This document shows, in pieces, positions 13,825-27,573 of a DNA stretch of 64,000 nt (position 1 is its first letter; the number at the start of each line of letters is the position of its first letter). Under the pieces are notes generated by a model, which saw only the letters and a list, made by a program, of their open reading frames with translations, made no database searches and was not told where the DNA came from. This stretch comes from Octopus vulgaris. Lineage: Eukaryota. The translations under genes were made by a program, and so were the position numbers. The stretch spans positions 100,626,001 through 100,690,000 of the forward strand of contig OX597818.1 of assembly GCA_951406725.2 (NCBI GenBank). Reading direction: 5' to 3'.

Positions 13825-13949
13825 TATTAGTTTATTAAAATAGAAAAAAAGAATGTTTATACCTCTTTCAGACGTGAATTGATTCTTACATTTTAGGGTC
13901 TCGTTGCATATCTCACTCTGCGATATATTCTCTTATTCATTTATACTGT

Positions 13950-14240
13950 CATTCTTTTTAGCTGTTTCAGTCATTTCACTTCGGTCATGCTGGAGCACTG
14001 CCTTTTGCAAACAAATCGACCGCAGTACTTATTATATTGCTATCTTTAGCCGAACCGCTAAATTATGGGGAAGTAAACACACCAGCATTGGTAGACAAAT
14101 GATGGCGGGGGGTATAAACACACACACACACACACACACAATTATATATACATAGATATGACGGGTTTCATTCAGTTTCCGTCTACCAAATCCACTCACA
14201 AAGATTTGGTCGGCTCGAGGCTATAGTAGAAGACACCTTA
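13950..14240 (-). mobile_element. tRNA-derived SINE, major family
   Basis: Reverse complement of the 12642 family (ggtcatgctggagcactgcc, ttcagtttccgtctaccaaatccactcac). Confidence 0.85.
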
Positions 14241-14559
14241 TGGCTACCTGACGTCATCCACGTTATTCACTCAATTCTGGTCGGATCTACCGCAGGAATT
14301 GCTCAGTGTAAGTTCAGTATAAAACAAATGATAACGGTGGAAAATGGAATATACAAGAAATAATATTTCTCATTAACAGCGTGCTGAACTAAAACCGCAC
14401 GAAACAGTTTTGTTAACGAGTTATTCCTTACAGAATCAATTTACGAAACGCTTCTGAACGGAAGGAGGCACTACAACCAGCGATACAGTAACCCCACAAC
14501 GAAGAAGTGGGAGTCGTACTCTCACGTGGTGCGTCTTTGTTTTGCAGTGCTTATCCTCC

Positions 14560-15065
14560 GTTCGGCGATTTTTGCGATGGCTGAAACTAAGGAAAACTGT
14601 GCTTCCTTGAAATTCTATATGCCGTTCAATCGGCTTACCAATACGCTGCCATGAGCGAAACATGATTTATGAGTTGTTTCCACGCTTTGAGAATTGTCAC
14701 TTGCCACTTGAAGAACAAGCGCGTTCGGGATGACCATCGACTTGCCAAACGGAGGAAAACATGAAAATTCATGAACACATCTTCAAGGACCGTCACCAAA
14801 CAAATGATGAACTAGCTGATATTACTTGTATAGTGTGGAGTTCCCGCTAACGATTTCTTTTGCGAAGAACTGCGAATGAAATGAATTGCAGCAAAAATTT
14901 GTGCCTCGCCTTCTCACGGAAGATCACAAACAGTCACGACTGAATGCGTATCGTGGCCTGAAAGATCAGTTGAAATTTGATCCGGACAAGCTCCTCCATG
15001 GTGACGAAAGCTGCTGCTATGGAATTTGCAGTTGTGGAAGCGGTGAAGAAAAGAATGACGGACGA
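14560..15065 (+). mobile_element. mariner transposase relic
   Basis: Fragments [29 protein letters not shown] (WVPxxL-type motif) and GDESCCYG (TGDE motif); internally deleted. Confidence 0.8.
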
Positions 15066-15066
15066 G

Positions 15067-15180
<114 letters not shown>

Positions 15181-15789
15181 GTATATATGTATATAATAAG
15201 TGTGTGGCTAAAAGGTACCGGAAGTTTTCAATATTATTTTATACACTTATTTCTTTTCACCCTCTCTCTATTTATTTCCTCTAATTCCATTCTGTCGAAG
15301 AGCGTGGGCTCTAAGGGTTAAATATATTTCACTTTTCCCCGAGCGTCAAGTTAATTGACTTGCTTATTGTTCCTCCATCTGACTTCGTCTTTTTTTATAA
15401 TAATTTGAACTATATATATATATAATTATATGTAGGCACTTCATTATGAAGCAGTGCATCCAGAAATATATAATGCTCCAAATAATAATATGTTTTCGGT
15501 TCATAAACCGTCTTGCCGATGGCTGGCTGTATTATACCGTTAGACTTCGCTTTGAACAGAGCTACATTTTTCAACTCCGAACTCGAACACGATCCTTTCT
15601 TCCAGTGATATTCTGTGCACACACACACACACACACACACGAATACTAACCATTTTCGTAGATATATAGTAATAGATAATAACTTTATTTCCTAAAAAAC
15701 GCTATGAGGATAAAAACAATCTTCTTTTCTATAGTATTATTCAATAAACCCACCTTCACCTTCAACAACCAGTAGTATATAAGATCTAA

Positions 15790-16720
15790 ATCATCTACAT
15801 ACTCGAATCAAGCGGTCCTCGTTCATGTTGGACATTACTCCGACTGTGGTAGATTTCAAAGAATCTTTATTTTTACGTTTGTATTCATTGACATCTCTCT
15901 CAACAGCGCTCCACATGTAATAGTCCAATGAATTGAGATCTTGGGAATTAGGAGGTCAAATTTTAGGGGGTTATGTGATCAGCAAAATTTTCAGCCATCT
16001 ATTCCTGTGTTCCTAGAGCCACGTGAGATAGTGCAGATCCTCACGGAACCATATATAGCAGTCCATTGCATAACCTGTCCTTCTAGGGCTTAACTATTAT
16101 TTCCTGGACCTCAATGTAGGCGGCAGACTTAACTCTAAGGCCTTGGGAAAAGACGAAAAGTGGCATCACATGTCCTTGATTTCTGACAACCCCTAAAACA
16201 ATTATATTTGCAGGAAATTTTGTATACATAACACTTGAAACTTCAGAAGGGCCTGTACATAAACATCTGTCATTTTTTCTGTTAACCTTTTTATCTTGAG
16301 AAAAAATTAAAAGAAATATTCTTCTGCTGGATTTTTAAGTTTCTTTAAGAGCCTTTTAGATCTGATCTAGTGATTATCCTTTACTTTTTCTAACAAACTG
16401 ACCTTTCCTTATCATGTAAGACTAATATCTGATATCTTCAGGGAAAACATTTCTGATTGTTTCTTCTGACAAATGAAGATCTTTTGCAGCTGACCTCATG
16501 GATTTTCTGTTGAACTTACTGCATGCATTCAGATGTTCTGATGACTTCAGAGCTTTTTGAATGCTTTTTATACTTTTATATTGTTGATATGTTTCCATCT
16601 TAAGTCTCGAGCTCCTTACAAACTTAGTAGACGAAAGAGCTGGCACGTTTAATATATTTCTAATCGCTATGCTTAGCCATTCATACCAATGTAACAGCAT
16701 GCCTCTTCATTTCTTGAGTA
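15790..16720 (-). mobile_element. Tc1/mariner (maT-like) transposase relic
   Basis: Minus strand encodes RKSMRSAAKDLHLSEETIRNVFPEDIRY (HTH) and *PPNSQDLNSLDYYMWSAVER (WPPNSPDLNPLD motif). Confidence 0.8.
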
Positions 16721-16772
16721 AGGTGAGGGTGTGGAATTATTATTTATGTACATTTTTATATGTGCAGAAGAA

Positions 16773-17240
16773 CCTGTGTGGTAAGCGGCTTACTTTCCAA
16801 CCACATGATTCCGGATTCAGTCTCACTGCGTGGTACCTTGGGTAGGTGACTTCTACTATAGCCGAACATACCAAAACCTTGTGAATAGATTTGGTAGACG
16901 GAAACTGGAAGAAAACTGTCGTATATATATATTGTGGATATTAATAATTGTTACATTTCTAAATATAAATTAATTTATGTATCGGCTTAAGTCTTTCTTT
17001 GTTTGATTTGCATAATAGTGGTTTTGTCTCTAATTTAATATAATATATAAATATATGTATATATATCGCTTGACAACCGATGTTAGTGCGTATACGTAAC
17101 CGTAACGTAGTAGCACGACCAAAAATACCGACAAAATAAGTACTAGGCTGACAAAGAGAAATTTCTGGCTTCGATTTATTCGATTAAAAGCAGCACCACA
17201 GCACGGCCACAGTCAAATGACTTTAAAAAAATAGAAGAAT
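16773..17240 (+). mobile_element. tRNA-derived SINE, major family, interrupted by a ~130-bp insert
   Basis: Same head, body and tail as 12642-12993. Confidence 0.8.
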
Positions 17241-17892
17241 ACACACACACACACACATATATTTATATATTATTGTGTGTGTGGAAAGTAATTCTCTTTA
17301 AGTACCTTATTATTTTTATTATTTAAGACACACACCGGTTCGATTTCCACTCATTTAGTTATCTATTTTTTTCTAAAATGTTGGTTACGTCTTCCAACCT
17401 TTTCTACAGTCATTGAATCTGTCCCTTATGAGAGCTAAAAGACAATGACTCTCCCCACACACAATGATAAAATATGCTTTAAAACACGAATTCCCATAAA
17501 GAAACCTGCAAACCAAATACATATATATATATTATTTTATTCATTTCTTTTACTCTTTTACTTGCTTCAATCACTTGACCCCACGACTTATTCTTTCTAA
17601 GCCCAGTACTTATCTTATCGGTCCTTTCTGCCGAAAAGTTATGTTACAGGGACGTAAACACACCAACATCGATTGTCAAGAAAATATATGTATAGAAAGT
17701 TAAATAATGTATGGGCACGCGCGTGTTTGCGTAATTGCATGTATATTTCTGAATATTCATATATCAATGTATATACATATGTCTAGATTTGTATGTCGAC
17801 ATGTTACTTATAAAAGCGGATACGTGTGCGTATATGTATGAAACAGTGCCTATAGTGCGCACGCGTTCAAGCATAAGCATAAACATACATAG

Positions 17893-17934
<42 letters not shown>

Positions 17935-18490
17935 TCATACTCGTCGCAGCTCAACCAGTGGGAATGACCTAATGTACGTCTTCATCCAGCACATCACATA
18001 TTTCGTTGCAGTAACTCAATTCAATTAATTCGGGCAGTTTTCCAAATATCAATATTCACCCCATCAACATAAATCAAAAATCTTTAAGCTCCATCAAAAA
18101 CAAATCAAAACTTCCCAAATTCTTTTCCTACATCTAAAAAGAGTGTAGAGATATTTTTAGGCGCTGTCACTTCTTTTGTAGGCGTCGGAATGTCCTAACT
18201 TCTATGCCAATGAGATTCGTAATATTTGTTTACAGAGACCATCCTTTGTGTGACCATATTAAACAGCTTCAGCTATTTCTAAATCACAAATCAAATATCT
18301 TTGTATTCCCGGAAATTACTCAGAGGCCGTCGCGAATAAAAAAAAAAAGTTTTCTTGTGCTTATTCTGTAGATGCACACTCACACCCACACAAATAAACA
18401 AATACACACACATACACACATACATGCGATTATATATTTATGTATATATGTATATGCATGCATATGCATATATATTTATGTGTTTCAGTA

Positions 18491-18659
<169 letters not shown>

Positions 18660-19161
18660 CATATAGGCACGTAGGAATTCGTACGCAAATACTTAATATA
18701 TACCGTTGTTCAGATTCAGAAACTCGCAGAAATTTCCTTCGATCTACATTAACACACAATTACAATGCCCGACCAATATCTTTCACATACACTGTTATGT
18801 TCTTACTCTAGTATTTTGTATGTTTTATGTGTTTGGCGTAAGTTCTTTTTCTCAGTTTTCTGTTTAACCTCCTTATATTTACTTTTCATAGCACGACCGA
18901 ACTTGCCTGCGTGTTTCGCTGTAGAAATCTATTGACAACTCGTGTCTTGCAGCATTAATTGAATATCTACATAGTATAATCAGGTATTTTCTGTTATCTA
19001 GGAATACATGCTTCTAATGCAGCATCAGGTAAACAAAGGACAAATCATTTCTTAGGAAAATTCTAGAGTAAATGAAATGGGGAATTGTAACAGTAAAATT
19101 GAAAACACTAAGTGCACATCCCAAAATAGTGGAAATTTAATGTACAACACGACTATTGTAG

Positions 19162-19200
<39 letters not shown>

Positions 19201-19218
19201 AATGTGTGTGTATATATA

Positions 19219-19282
19219 TGGCGTAGTGGTTATGAGCGCGGGCTACTAACCCCACGATTCCGAGTTCGATTCTAAGCAGTCA

Positions 19283-19290
<8 letters not shown>
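19219..19290 (+). mobile_element. Short tRNA-derived SINE/retro-pseudogene with (TAA)n tail
   Basis: tggcgtagtggtta (A box) and gagttcgattc (B box), followed directly by (TAA)n; no complete acceptor stem. Confidence 0.65.
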
Positions 19291-19350
<60 letters not shown>

Positions 19351-19456
19351 GGCGGCTGGACGTGACAGAGGATGGACGTATTTTTACGATGCTCTGAACT
19401 GGCAACAGCGAACCCAGCAGGTCAACTGTAGAAAACTGGAAGATCTACTGTTTACT
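19351..19456 (+). pseudogene. Exon-like relic with EGF-type motif (G[R/C]DRGWT..(frameshift)..LRCSE)
   Basis: ggacgtgacagaggatggacg reads GRDRGWT, with CGT one change from Cys TGT; ttacgatgctctgaa reads LRCSE in a shifted frame; donor gtaagt at 19457. Confidence 0.3.
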
Positions 19457-19756
19457 GTAAGTAATTTGAATTACCCTCAAAATAAGTAAAAAAAAAAACT
19501 TACATATCTACAGCTCATACAAACGTACACCTAACAAGAAAAATTAGAAACATAAATATCTCCAATTCTGTGTGAACATTTACATTTAGTCGTCTCTCAT
19601 GACTATAAGAATGTGTAAAATTGCCTTTTAAATTACCTTTTATTGTAACAACACAATTAAATGCACGATAAAAAGTTATGGAATTAAGCACCTACTACTA
19701 TATACATACAACTGAATTAAGAAATTTAAAAATATATACATAACATTGAACTCAGA

Positions 19757-19789
<33 letters not shown>

Positions 19790-20144
19790 AATCTTCGACG
19801 AAAACATCAGATAATATGTGTGAGTGAATACACATATATATACATATACATATGCATGTGGTGAAGAAGAAAAAAGAGAAAGGAAAAAAATAAATAAATA
19901 AATAAATAAACGTAAACAGGTTTGACCTTTTACTGACCATTAACGTCCTTTGTCTCCACCATCTACCGTGGCTATTTATAGACCCAAAGAACATGAATTC
20001 TTTAACCACCCATTCTCCAACACAATGGAGTGTTGATGGTGGCTGTGGCTACACATAAAACAATGTCATTGAAGATGATGATGGTGATGGTGATGTTGCT
20101 GATGATGGTGATGGTGGTGAAGATGATAGTAATAACAATAATAA

Positions 20145-22650
20145 CTGACAGATCCCGTCTTTTTCCCTTTCTTTTCGTTTCCTTCTCCGTATTTTATTCT
20201 CATTATTTCGAACTAATACAGACACAGTAAGCCTTGAAGAAAGGAAGAGGAGGAAAGGAAAAAAAAAAAAAAAAAAAAAAAAATGTCCGGAGATAAAACT
20301 ATCAACAAAAAAATACAGACGAATATAGATCTGCTAGTCTTAAGAAGCGGCGCTATGAGCAATGCTTACATGTAGTGAACCCTAAACTGACAGATCCATC
20401 TCCTAATATAAGAATGGATGCTCGTCATGCTTCAAGGTCAACAAATCAAACAATAAACCGCATTGGTCATTGCGCGGATTACAAAAGACCACGTACCCGA
20501 AAATTGAACCAAATCCTGATTGAAAAATCAGTTACTGGATCAAATCTTCCCAACACACAGGAGCTGGACGAACCCCACAACCGGAATATTCCAACAGATG
20601 GCCATCCATGCTCATCACCAAATAATCAAAAAGAAAAAGAAGGAAAAATGGTCTAGGGAAGATAATAAAGAAGTTCTTGAGGCCTTCTACCATGCCATAT
20701 ATTTCCCCACAGATAAGTCTAGCACTGTACAAGCATACTTAAACTGGAGACAGAAACACCCTGAAGTAAGACCCTACATAGACAGTAACAAGCTTGCCAA
20801 TGTTAGAAGAAACATTATAAAAAAGAAATTACTGACTGAAGTAGAGATTGATCAGGTTAGACAAGCAATATCGGATAAAATGAACGAAGCTGCAGCTAGA
20901 GAAGACGGCAACAGTCCCACAAAAAAGCCTTCTTGGCAAGAGCGTCTGCAACAACAAATTAAAATATTTAGATCTGACATTGAATATTTGAAAAACCTTA
21001 AGGCTCACAAGATTACCAAACCTACAAAAACCCGAAAAAACACACAACGAAAAGGCCCCCTGGATTGACAGAATATCTACAGAACTGGACCCCCTTAGAA
21101 GAGCAAAAGTGGGAGGGTGTCAAGGTAGAAGATATAAGATCTGCTCTCAGGAGGTCAAGCAAATGGAAGTCTCCAGGAAAGGATAAAATTCCTCAACTTC
21201 TGGCTGAATGCCTTCCCAGAGAGCCATGAACTGCTAACAGAACTGTACAATGATGTTTTGCAACACCCTAGTAGGATGCCTCCTTGGCTAGTTAATGGGT
21301 TAACATTCCTGCTTCCAAAAAAGTGAAGAAACAAATGAACCAAAAAAACTATAGACCCATAACTTGCTTAACAACTATGTACAAAACACTAACATCTGTC
21401 CTGACGGAATATACCTATAGTTTTTTAACAGACAGCAGCATATTCCCTAATGAACAGAAAGGATGTAAACGTGGATCCTATGTAAAGACCAACTACTCAT
21501 CAATAAGATGATCTTAGAAGATTGTCACAAACGACACAAAAACTTACGCCTGGATAGACTATAAAAAGGCTTTTGATAGCCTACCACATAGCTGGATTAG
21601 GAAATGCCTTGAAATGTATAAGATAGCACCAACTCTGCGAAACTTCTTGACTGTAAGTATGAGATCATGGAGAACCACATTAACTCTGAACAGTGACAGT
21701 GAATCCCTAAATGCTGGTGATGTAAAAATTTCGTGTGGCATTTTCCAGGGTGACTCACTGTCACCACTCCTCTTTTGTTTATCCTTAAAACCTCTCTCAA
21801 AGCTGCTCAATGACGCGCAGTACGGGTATAAAATGTTTGATAAAAATATAAATCATCTCGTTTACATGGATGATTTAAAGCTTTTTGCAAAAAAATGATC
21901 AACAACTCAAGGGCTTACTAGCGATAGTCAAACAATTCAGTGACGACATCAGAATGCAATTCGGCCTCGATAAATGTGCAAAGGCTACCTTTATCAAAGG
22001 AAAAATGACAGAAACATCTAACGTTAACCTTGACCAACAGAATGTCATAAAAGAACTAGACCCAGCGGAGAGCTACAAGTACCTAGGGATAATTGAAGGG
22101 AACGGAATAAGGCATTCAGAGATGAAGGAAAGGATCAGGAGAGAATGCTATCGAAGAGTAAGAGCAATACTCAAGACAGAGCTGAATGCAAGAAACAGGA
22201 TCGAAGCAATCAATGCATTAGCTATACCAGTCGTGACTTACAGTTTCAATATTGTTAACTGGTCAATTACTGAAATATGTCAGCTCGACAGTTGTCATAG
22301 GTGCCCTGGGAATGATAGCAAAAGGGGCTATAGCTACCTAACTCAGATACCAGGAAACCCAAAAATGGCAGAAGTTCAAAAGATAGTGCTCATGGGAACT
22401 GCTCATATCCTACGCAAAATACTTATGTAATCTCAAGGTTTAAAACAAACATAATTTTCGGTTTAAAAAAAAAAAAAAAAAAAAACCTTTTTTTTTTTTT
22501 AGACATTCATTAGTACAACATCCCCACCCCCCAAATATATGGCACACTAGGCATAACAACAACATGAACTTCCAACCCTGTTGTCTCTTGAGGTCTCTGG
22601 GTGAGACTTGAGCCAACTTGTACAAATATAAAGCAAAAGTCAAACATAGA
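20145..22650 (+). mobile_element. R4/Dong-clade non-LTR retrotransposon, family B; both ends present, internally deleted and frameshifted
   Basis: KWSREDNKEVLEAFYHA, KLANVRRNI, NYRPITCL, KAFDSLPH, GIFQGDSLSPLLF, YMDDLKL, YKYLG and the C-terminal QKIVLMGTAHILRK; 3' end aaacataga(ATA)n. Confidence 0.92.
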
Positions 22651-22769
22651 ATAATAATAATAATAATAATAATAGTAGTAATAATAATAAAATTGATGAT
22701 GATGATGAGGATGATATCAACATCGAAAAATACCTTAGGAATGAGAACCTAGCTTCAAAATTTCACAAA

Positions 22770-22815
22770 GACACCTGATGAGGGCTGGAGGGTGTACCAG
22801 CCGAAATGTTGTGTT
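22770..22815 (+). ncRNA. Minimal type I hammerhead-ribozyme-like motif
   Basis: gacac-CUGAUGA-g-GGCUGG(agggugua)CCAGCC-GAAA-ugUU-guguu; stem I gacac/guguu; the stem III palindrome ACGU is altered to AUGU. Confidence 0.65.
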
Positions 22816-22870
22816 AATAACAAATAGGTTAAGTGCAATTATCCAGCAATTGTAAATAATATACATAATG

Positions 22871-22928
<58 letters not shown>

Positions 22929-22972
22929 ATATATATATATATGTACATAAAATTATATGCATATATATATGT

Positions 22973-23020
<48 letters not shown>

Positions 23021-23394
23021 GCTAAAATATCTGTCTATCTGTGTATCTATTATATATGTATATACGTGTGGGCGGGCGTGTGGTGCGCGCGCGCGCGTGT
23101 GTATACATTCTGACATTTGTATTTCACAATGCAAATAAAGTGATAGTGTTTTTCCGAACGTACAGTTGCTGTTAGAACAGCAGAAATAGTAGGTACATCA
23201 CCCTAATACCACAAATATGTGTTGGAGTCCCATGACAAGTTTATTTTTTTGCCTTGTAACGGTAATTTACACAGTCTTTCTGCTGTTCTAATGGCAACTA
23301 TGCGTTCGGAAAAATACCATCTTAGTTTTATCGTGCGTCTATCTCTCTTTCTCCCTCTCTATCTTTCTCTCTCTATCTATCTATACATAATATT

Positions 23395-23513
<119 letters not shown>

Positions 23514-23639
23514 TGGGTAAATCATATATATATATATGATTTACCCAGTTTTTTCTGCTGTTCTAACGGCAACTATGCGTTCGGGAAAATGCCATCTTAA
23601 TTTTATCGGACATATATCTATCTATCTACATCTCCCCCT

Positions 23640-23823
<184 letters not shown>

Positions 23824-24406
23824 CTTGTAAGCGTGTATATATAGATATTCTGCACTTCTTAAAACATGACGGTACACAGTATACTTATAGTGTAAGTATC
23901 TGATGGAGAGGGAAGCAAATCTCTCATGCGCGCTTTTCTATCTATCATTATCCAGCTTAACAGCTCTCCACAGGCATGTATTATCTAGGAGTGGAAAAAA
24001 AATTTAATACAAAAAGACCACGATGCTACTGTACAGATTACTTTTGGGTTTTAATATAGCGATACAGGAAATCTATGGCGGTTTGACACCATAACATTCT
24101 TAAACATTAACGTTGGATGCCACATTAACGCTAAGCACTGATTTTAATCCTAAATTCTCTTCCCAATCATGATAGTTTTAACGCAAACTCTGATCCTTAA
24201 TATTGAACACTAAATCTATAAGCTAACTCTAAGTATAAATCATAACCTTTACAATATCTTCAAACCTACTACTAAACGTAAGCAATTTTGTGCGATGTTG
24301 TGTATTAAATATGATGAATGTTATTCAAACCAACAAAATTTGTTTGAAAATAATACTCTCACGCTGTAATTTCCCACAAGATAATTGTCTTTATACATAG
24401 ATTTCT

Positions 24407-25714
24407 CAGGATGTTCAATTTAAAAGTTGACTCGATTGATTAACCGTCGTAATATTGCCTCTCTTTCATTGGCTCAGATTAGCTCTCTCTTTGATTGTTT
24501 CACTATGCGAAATTGACTTTAGACTTTTACGAGTGTAACACTCATTCGAAATTTCCTCTGGAGTCGTAATGGTGTTATCAGTGCAGCAACGTTCATTTAC
24601 TGTGGAATCTTATTTTAGATCAGGACGTTTTATCAATTGGCGATGGATTTACTTCTTTGTCGATTTCGTTACTGATTTTAAGAGCGAATATCCAAATGTC
24701 CCTTTGCTAACAAAGCAGGCAATTAATGTTCTGAATAAAAAGTTTAGGAAGACGGGCTCAGGTGAAAATAAGAAACACGTTCGCCGACGTACCCGCCTTT
24801 CCGATGATGCTATGGAATATATCATCAACGAATTCTTCGCCGTCCCAGGAGATGTGTGCGATGCTTGTCTCATGAAACTGTTCTTCACAAATCGCTGAAA
24901 TTGTACCCATATTGCGTGTCTTCTTTACATGAACTTATTTCTGCTGATTTTACCAAAAGATTGGATTACTGCAAATGCTTTCAAGAAACACGGATGATAA
25001 CCCACTTGACATAACATTTTTCAGTGACGAGACTTGCTTTCACCAATCGGGATAACTAAACTCGCAAAACACTCGCATCTGGAGTGCTCTCCATCTTCAC
25101 AGGTTTGTTGAATCACCCTCACATGCAGTGAAAAGTGGTGTACGGATGACTATCAGCTGGCGAAGAATAGTAGGAACGATTTTTTCCCAAGAAATCTTGA
25201 ATTTGGAACATTATTGTGAGGTATTTGATCAGCTTGTTGAGCAGCTAAGTGATAATGAAAAAAAGTAATGCATGGCTTCAACAGGACTCCGCAACATATT
25301 ATGTTAGCAACCACACTTTGTTTCACTTACGACAAACTTTTGATCACAGGTTCTTCATGAAAGTCCTCTGGCCACCTTGGCCGCTAGATTTAACGCCTCT
25401 CGATTTCTTTTTATTTCTCGATTTCTTTTTATCAGGGACGCTGTTTGCAAAGAATCCGCATACACTTGATGAACTGTGTACGGATATTACTGATATTGTC
25501 CAAAATATATCACGTGAAGTTTTGATTAACGTGTTCTAGAACAAACGTAATCATATTGATTTATGTCTACAACGTGACGACCAACAATTTTGTAACTAGT
25601 TTGACGTAACTTTTCAATGACCATTTTAATAAAAGTAGGTTTGTCCATAATATGGCACATTTTTAAAAACTATTAATAAATACAGTTGGGTCTACTTTTA
25701 AAATGGACACTCTG
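24407..25714 (+). mobile_element. Tc1/mariner element (rosa-like N-terminus), full length, decayed
   Basis: TIRs caggatgttcaatttaaaagttgactc / gggtctacttttaaaatggacactctg-TA. Motifs MVLSVQQRSFTVESYF, FSDETCFH, NSQNTRIW and WLQQD...WPPWPLDLTPLDFF (38 residues between the last two D). Confidence 0.9.
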
Positions 25715-26956
25715 TAGACTAACTTGGTTAATATGGAGTTGGTTCTTGTAAATATTTATAGAGTATTTCTTTACGTTAATGAAAACAGATTACTATTTTC
25801 CGATTTACAATGCATTTCGTTTAACTTCCTTTGTAGTGGTGATCAAGTTGTGTGTTCCTTTAGAAGATTCAGTGAATGTGCGTGGCAGACTGTCATTTAA
25901 TGTAATGGTTGATATTAATGTGAACAATTTGACAAAATAATAGACGCTATATATTTTCTGCATTTTATTCTGAAATCTTGGCTTTTAGATGAAGAGGGTT
26001 CAAATAATTGAATTTCTCTGTATGTATTTATTTTTGAAACATCGTGAGGTCAATTTAATAGGCATGGCGAATAATGCGTTAGTAGAAACTAAGGCAAGAA
26101 AATTATTTGAAAACGAAATATCATATAATCATAGAAAACTAAGGCAAATCTGTTTCCAAACATTCACAATAAGAAATTCAAACTTTCTTTAACCTTAGCC
26201 GTAATTTAAATTACGTAATCCGACACCAAAAACATAATCTGCGTGAATTTGACGAAGAGTATATTGAGATTGTCTCACGGTAGAGTATCATCTGATATGG
26301 GAATAAAATTATTATAAAAATGCCCGGTATTTGTATGACAGGGTTCCAAAATCATTATGAAATATAAGAAACACACAAGCTAATATACAAAAGCGCAGCA
26401 ATAATCACCACGGGATATTATCCGCGATACTAGTCCAGCTTCCATAAAGCCATTTGCAGGGCAATTAAGTATAAGGTAAAATCTAATTTAAGCCACACAA
26501 TATAAATTATACACCACCGTTTGGTAACATCCCAGAAAATATTCAAAAACCAGATAACGAACTATTTAAATTATGCTTATCCATAGAGCACAACAGTAAA
26601 ATGATAAATGCTATTTTCAATGATCAAGATCAACCAGAATTTTTTTTCCTGGAAACATCATCTATATACGCGTCTATTATCAGTTAAACGGGAGCACATA
26701 TAATGCGTAAAGTACTACGTTAGAATGATAGGACCACACAAATGAAACATGAAAAGACATTAAGGGCAACATGAATTGATCACAATTTTCCCTAATTTCC
26801 TTTCCGTATAAAACATAGTTCTTCAACTATAATCATCAGATGGCGCAATAGAAACGATATCACATTTTGCGTATAAAGGTATACCGGCTAGTGGCATAAA
26901 TTTCATTATTTTTGACATTGAAATATTGGTGTTTTTTCGTGTATTCATTATTATTG

Positions 26957-26988
<32 letters not shown>

Positions 26989-27047
26989 GTTGTTGTTATT
27001 ATTAATATTATTATTATTATCATCATCATCATCATCATCACCATCAC

Positions 27048-27086
<39 letters not shown>

Positions 27087-27100
27087 TATTATTATTATTA

Positions 27101-27146
<46 letters not shown>

Positions 27147-27192
27147 TAATATTATGTAAACAACAGAAGTAACTTTACTTATTCTTTGCTAG

Positions 27193-27407
27193 ATTCGCAC
27201 ATACGCTAAAGTAAATTTAAGAAGATCAGACAAGTAAATGTAGCTCGGTGTTCATTAAGTGATCAATACGGATATGTGCTCCTGGCCCAGTATGTACCGA
27301 CATAGATTGCAGCCAAGGACAAGAGGAATATTAAAAGTCATATCGAAAGGCAATTCTTTACATTTTATGCAAAAGAAATACCACACAAATATCGCGGCAA
27401 TGTCAAA
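27193..27407 (+). pseudogene. Cys-rich exon-like relic
   Basis: Acceptor ttctttgctag|, donor AA|gtaagg; reads VARCSLSDQYG / ICAPGPVCTDIDCSQGQ across a frameshift; stops in all frames. Confidence 0.3.
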
Positions 27408-27510
27408 GTAAGGGACTGAATAATGTATGTAAAATAAAGTCACACACACAAACACAAACATGCGTGTATATAATTCTGCACATGTATTCAAAGTGTGTGT
27501 GTTGGAGTTT

Positions 27511-27573
<63 letters not shown>

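Noticed and set aside
19219-19290. Functional tRNA gene
   Set aside because: A and B boxes are present, but there is no proper acceptor stem or T-run terminator, and it ends in a TAA tail like a SINE.
24090-24285. Degenerate CCTAA/telomere-like periodicity
   Set aside because: Too degenerate to call an interstitial telomeric repeat.
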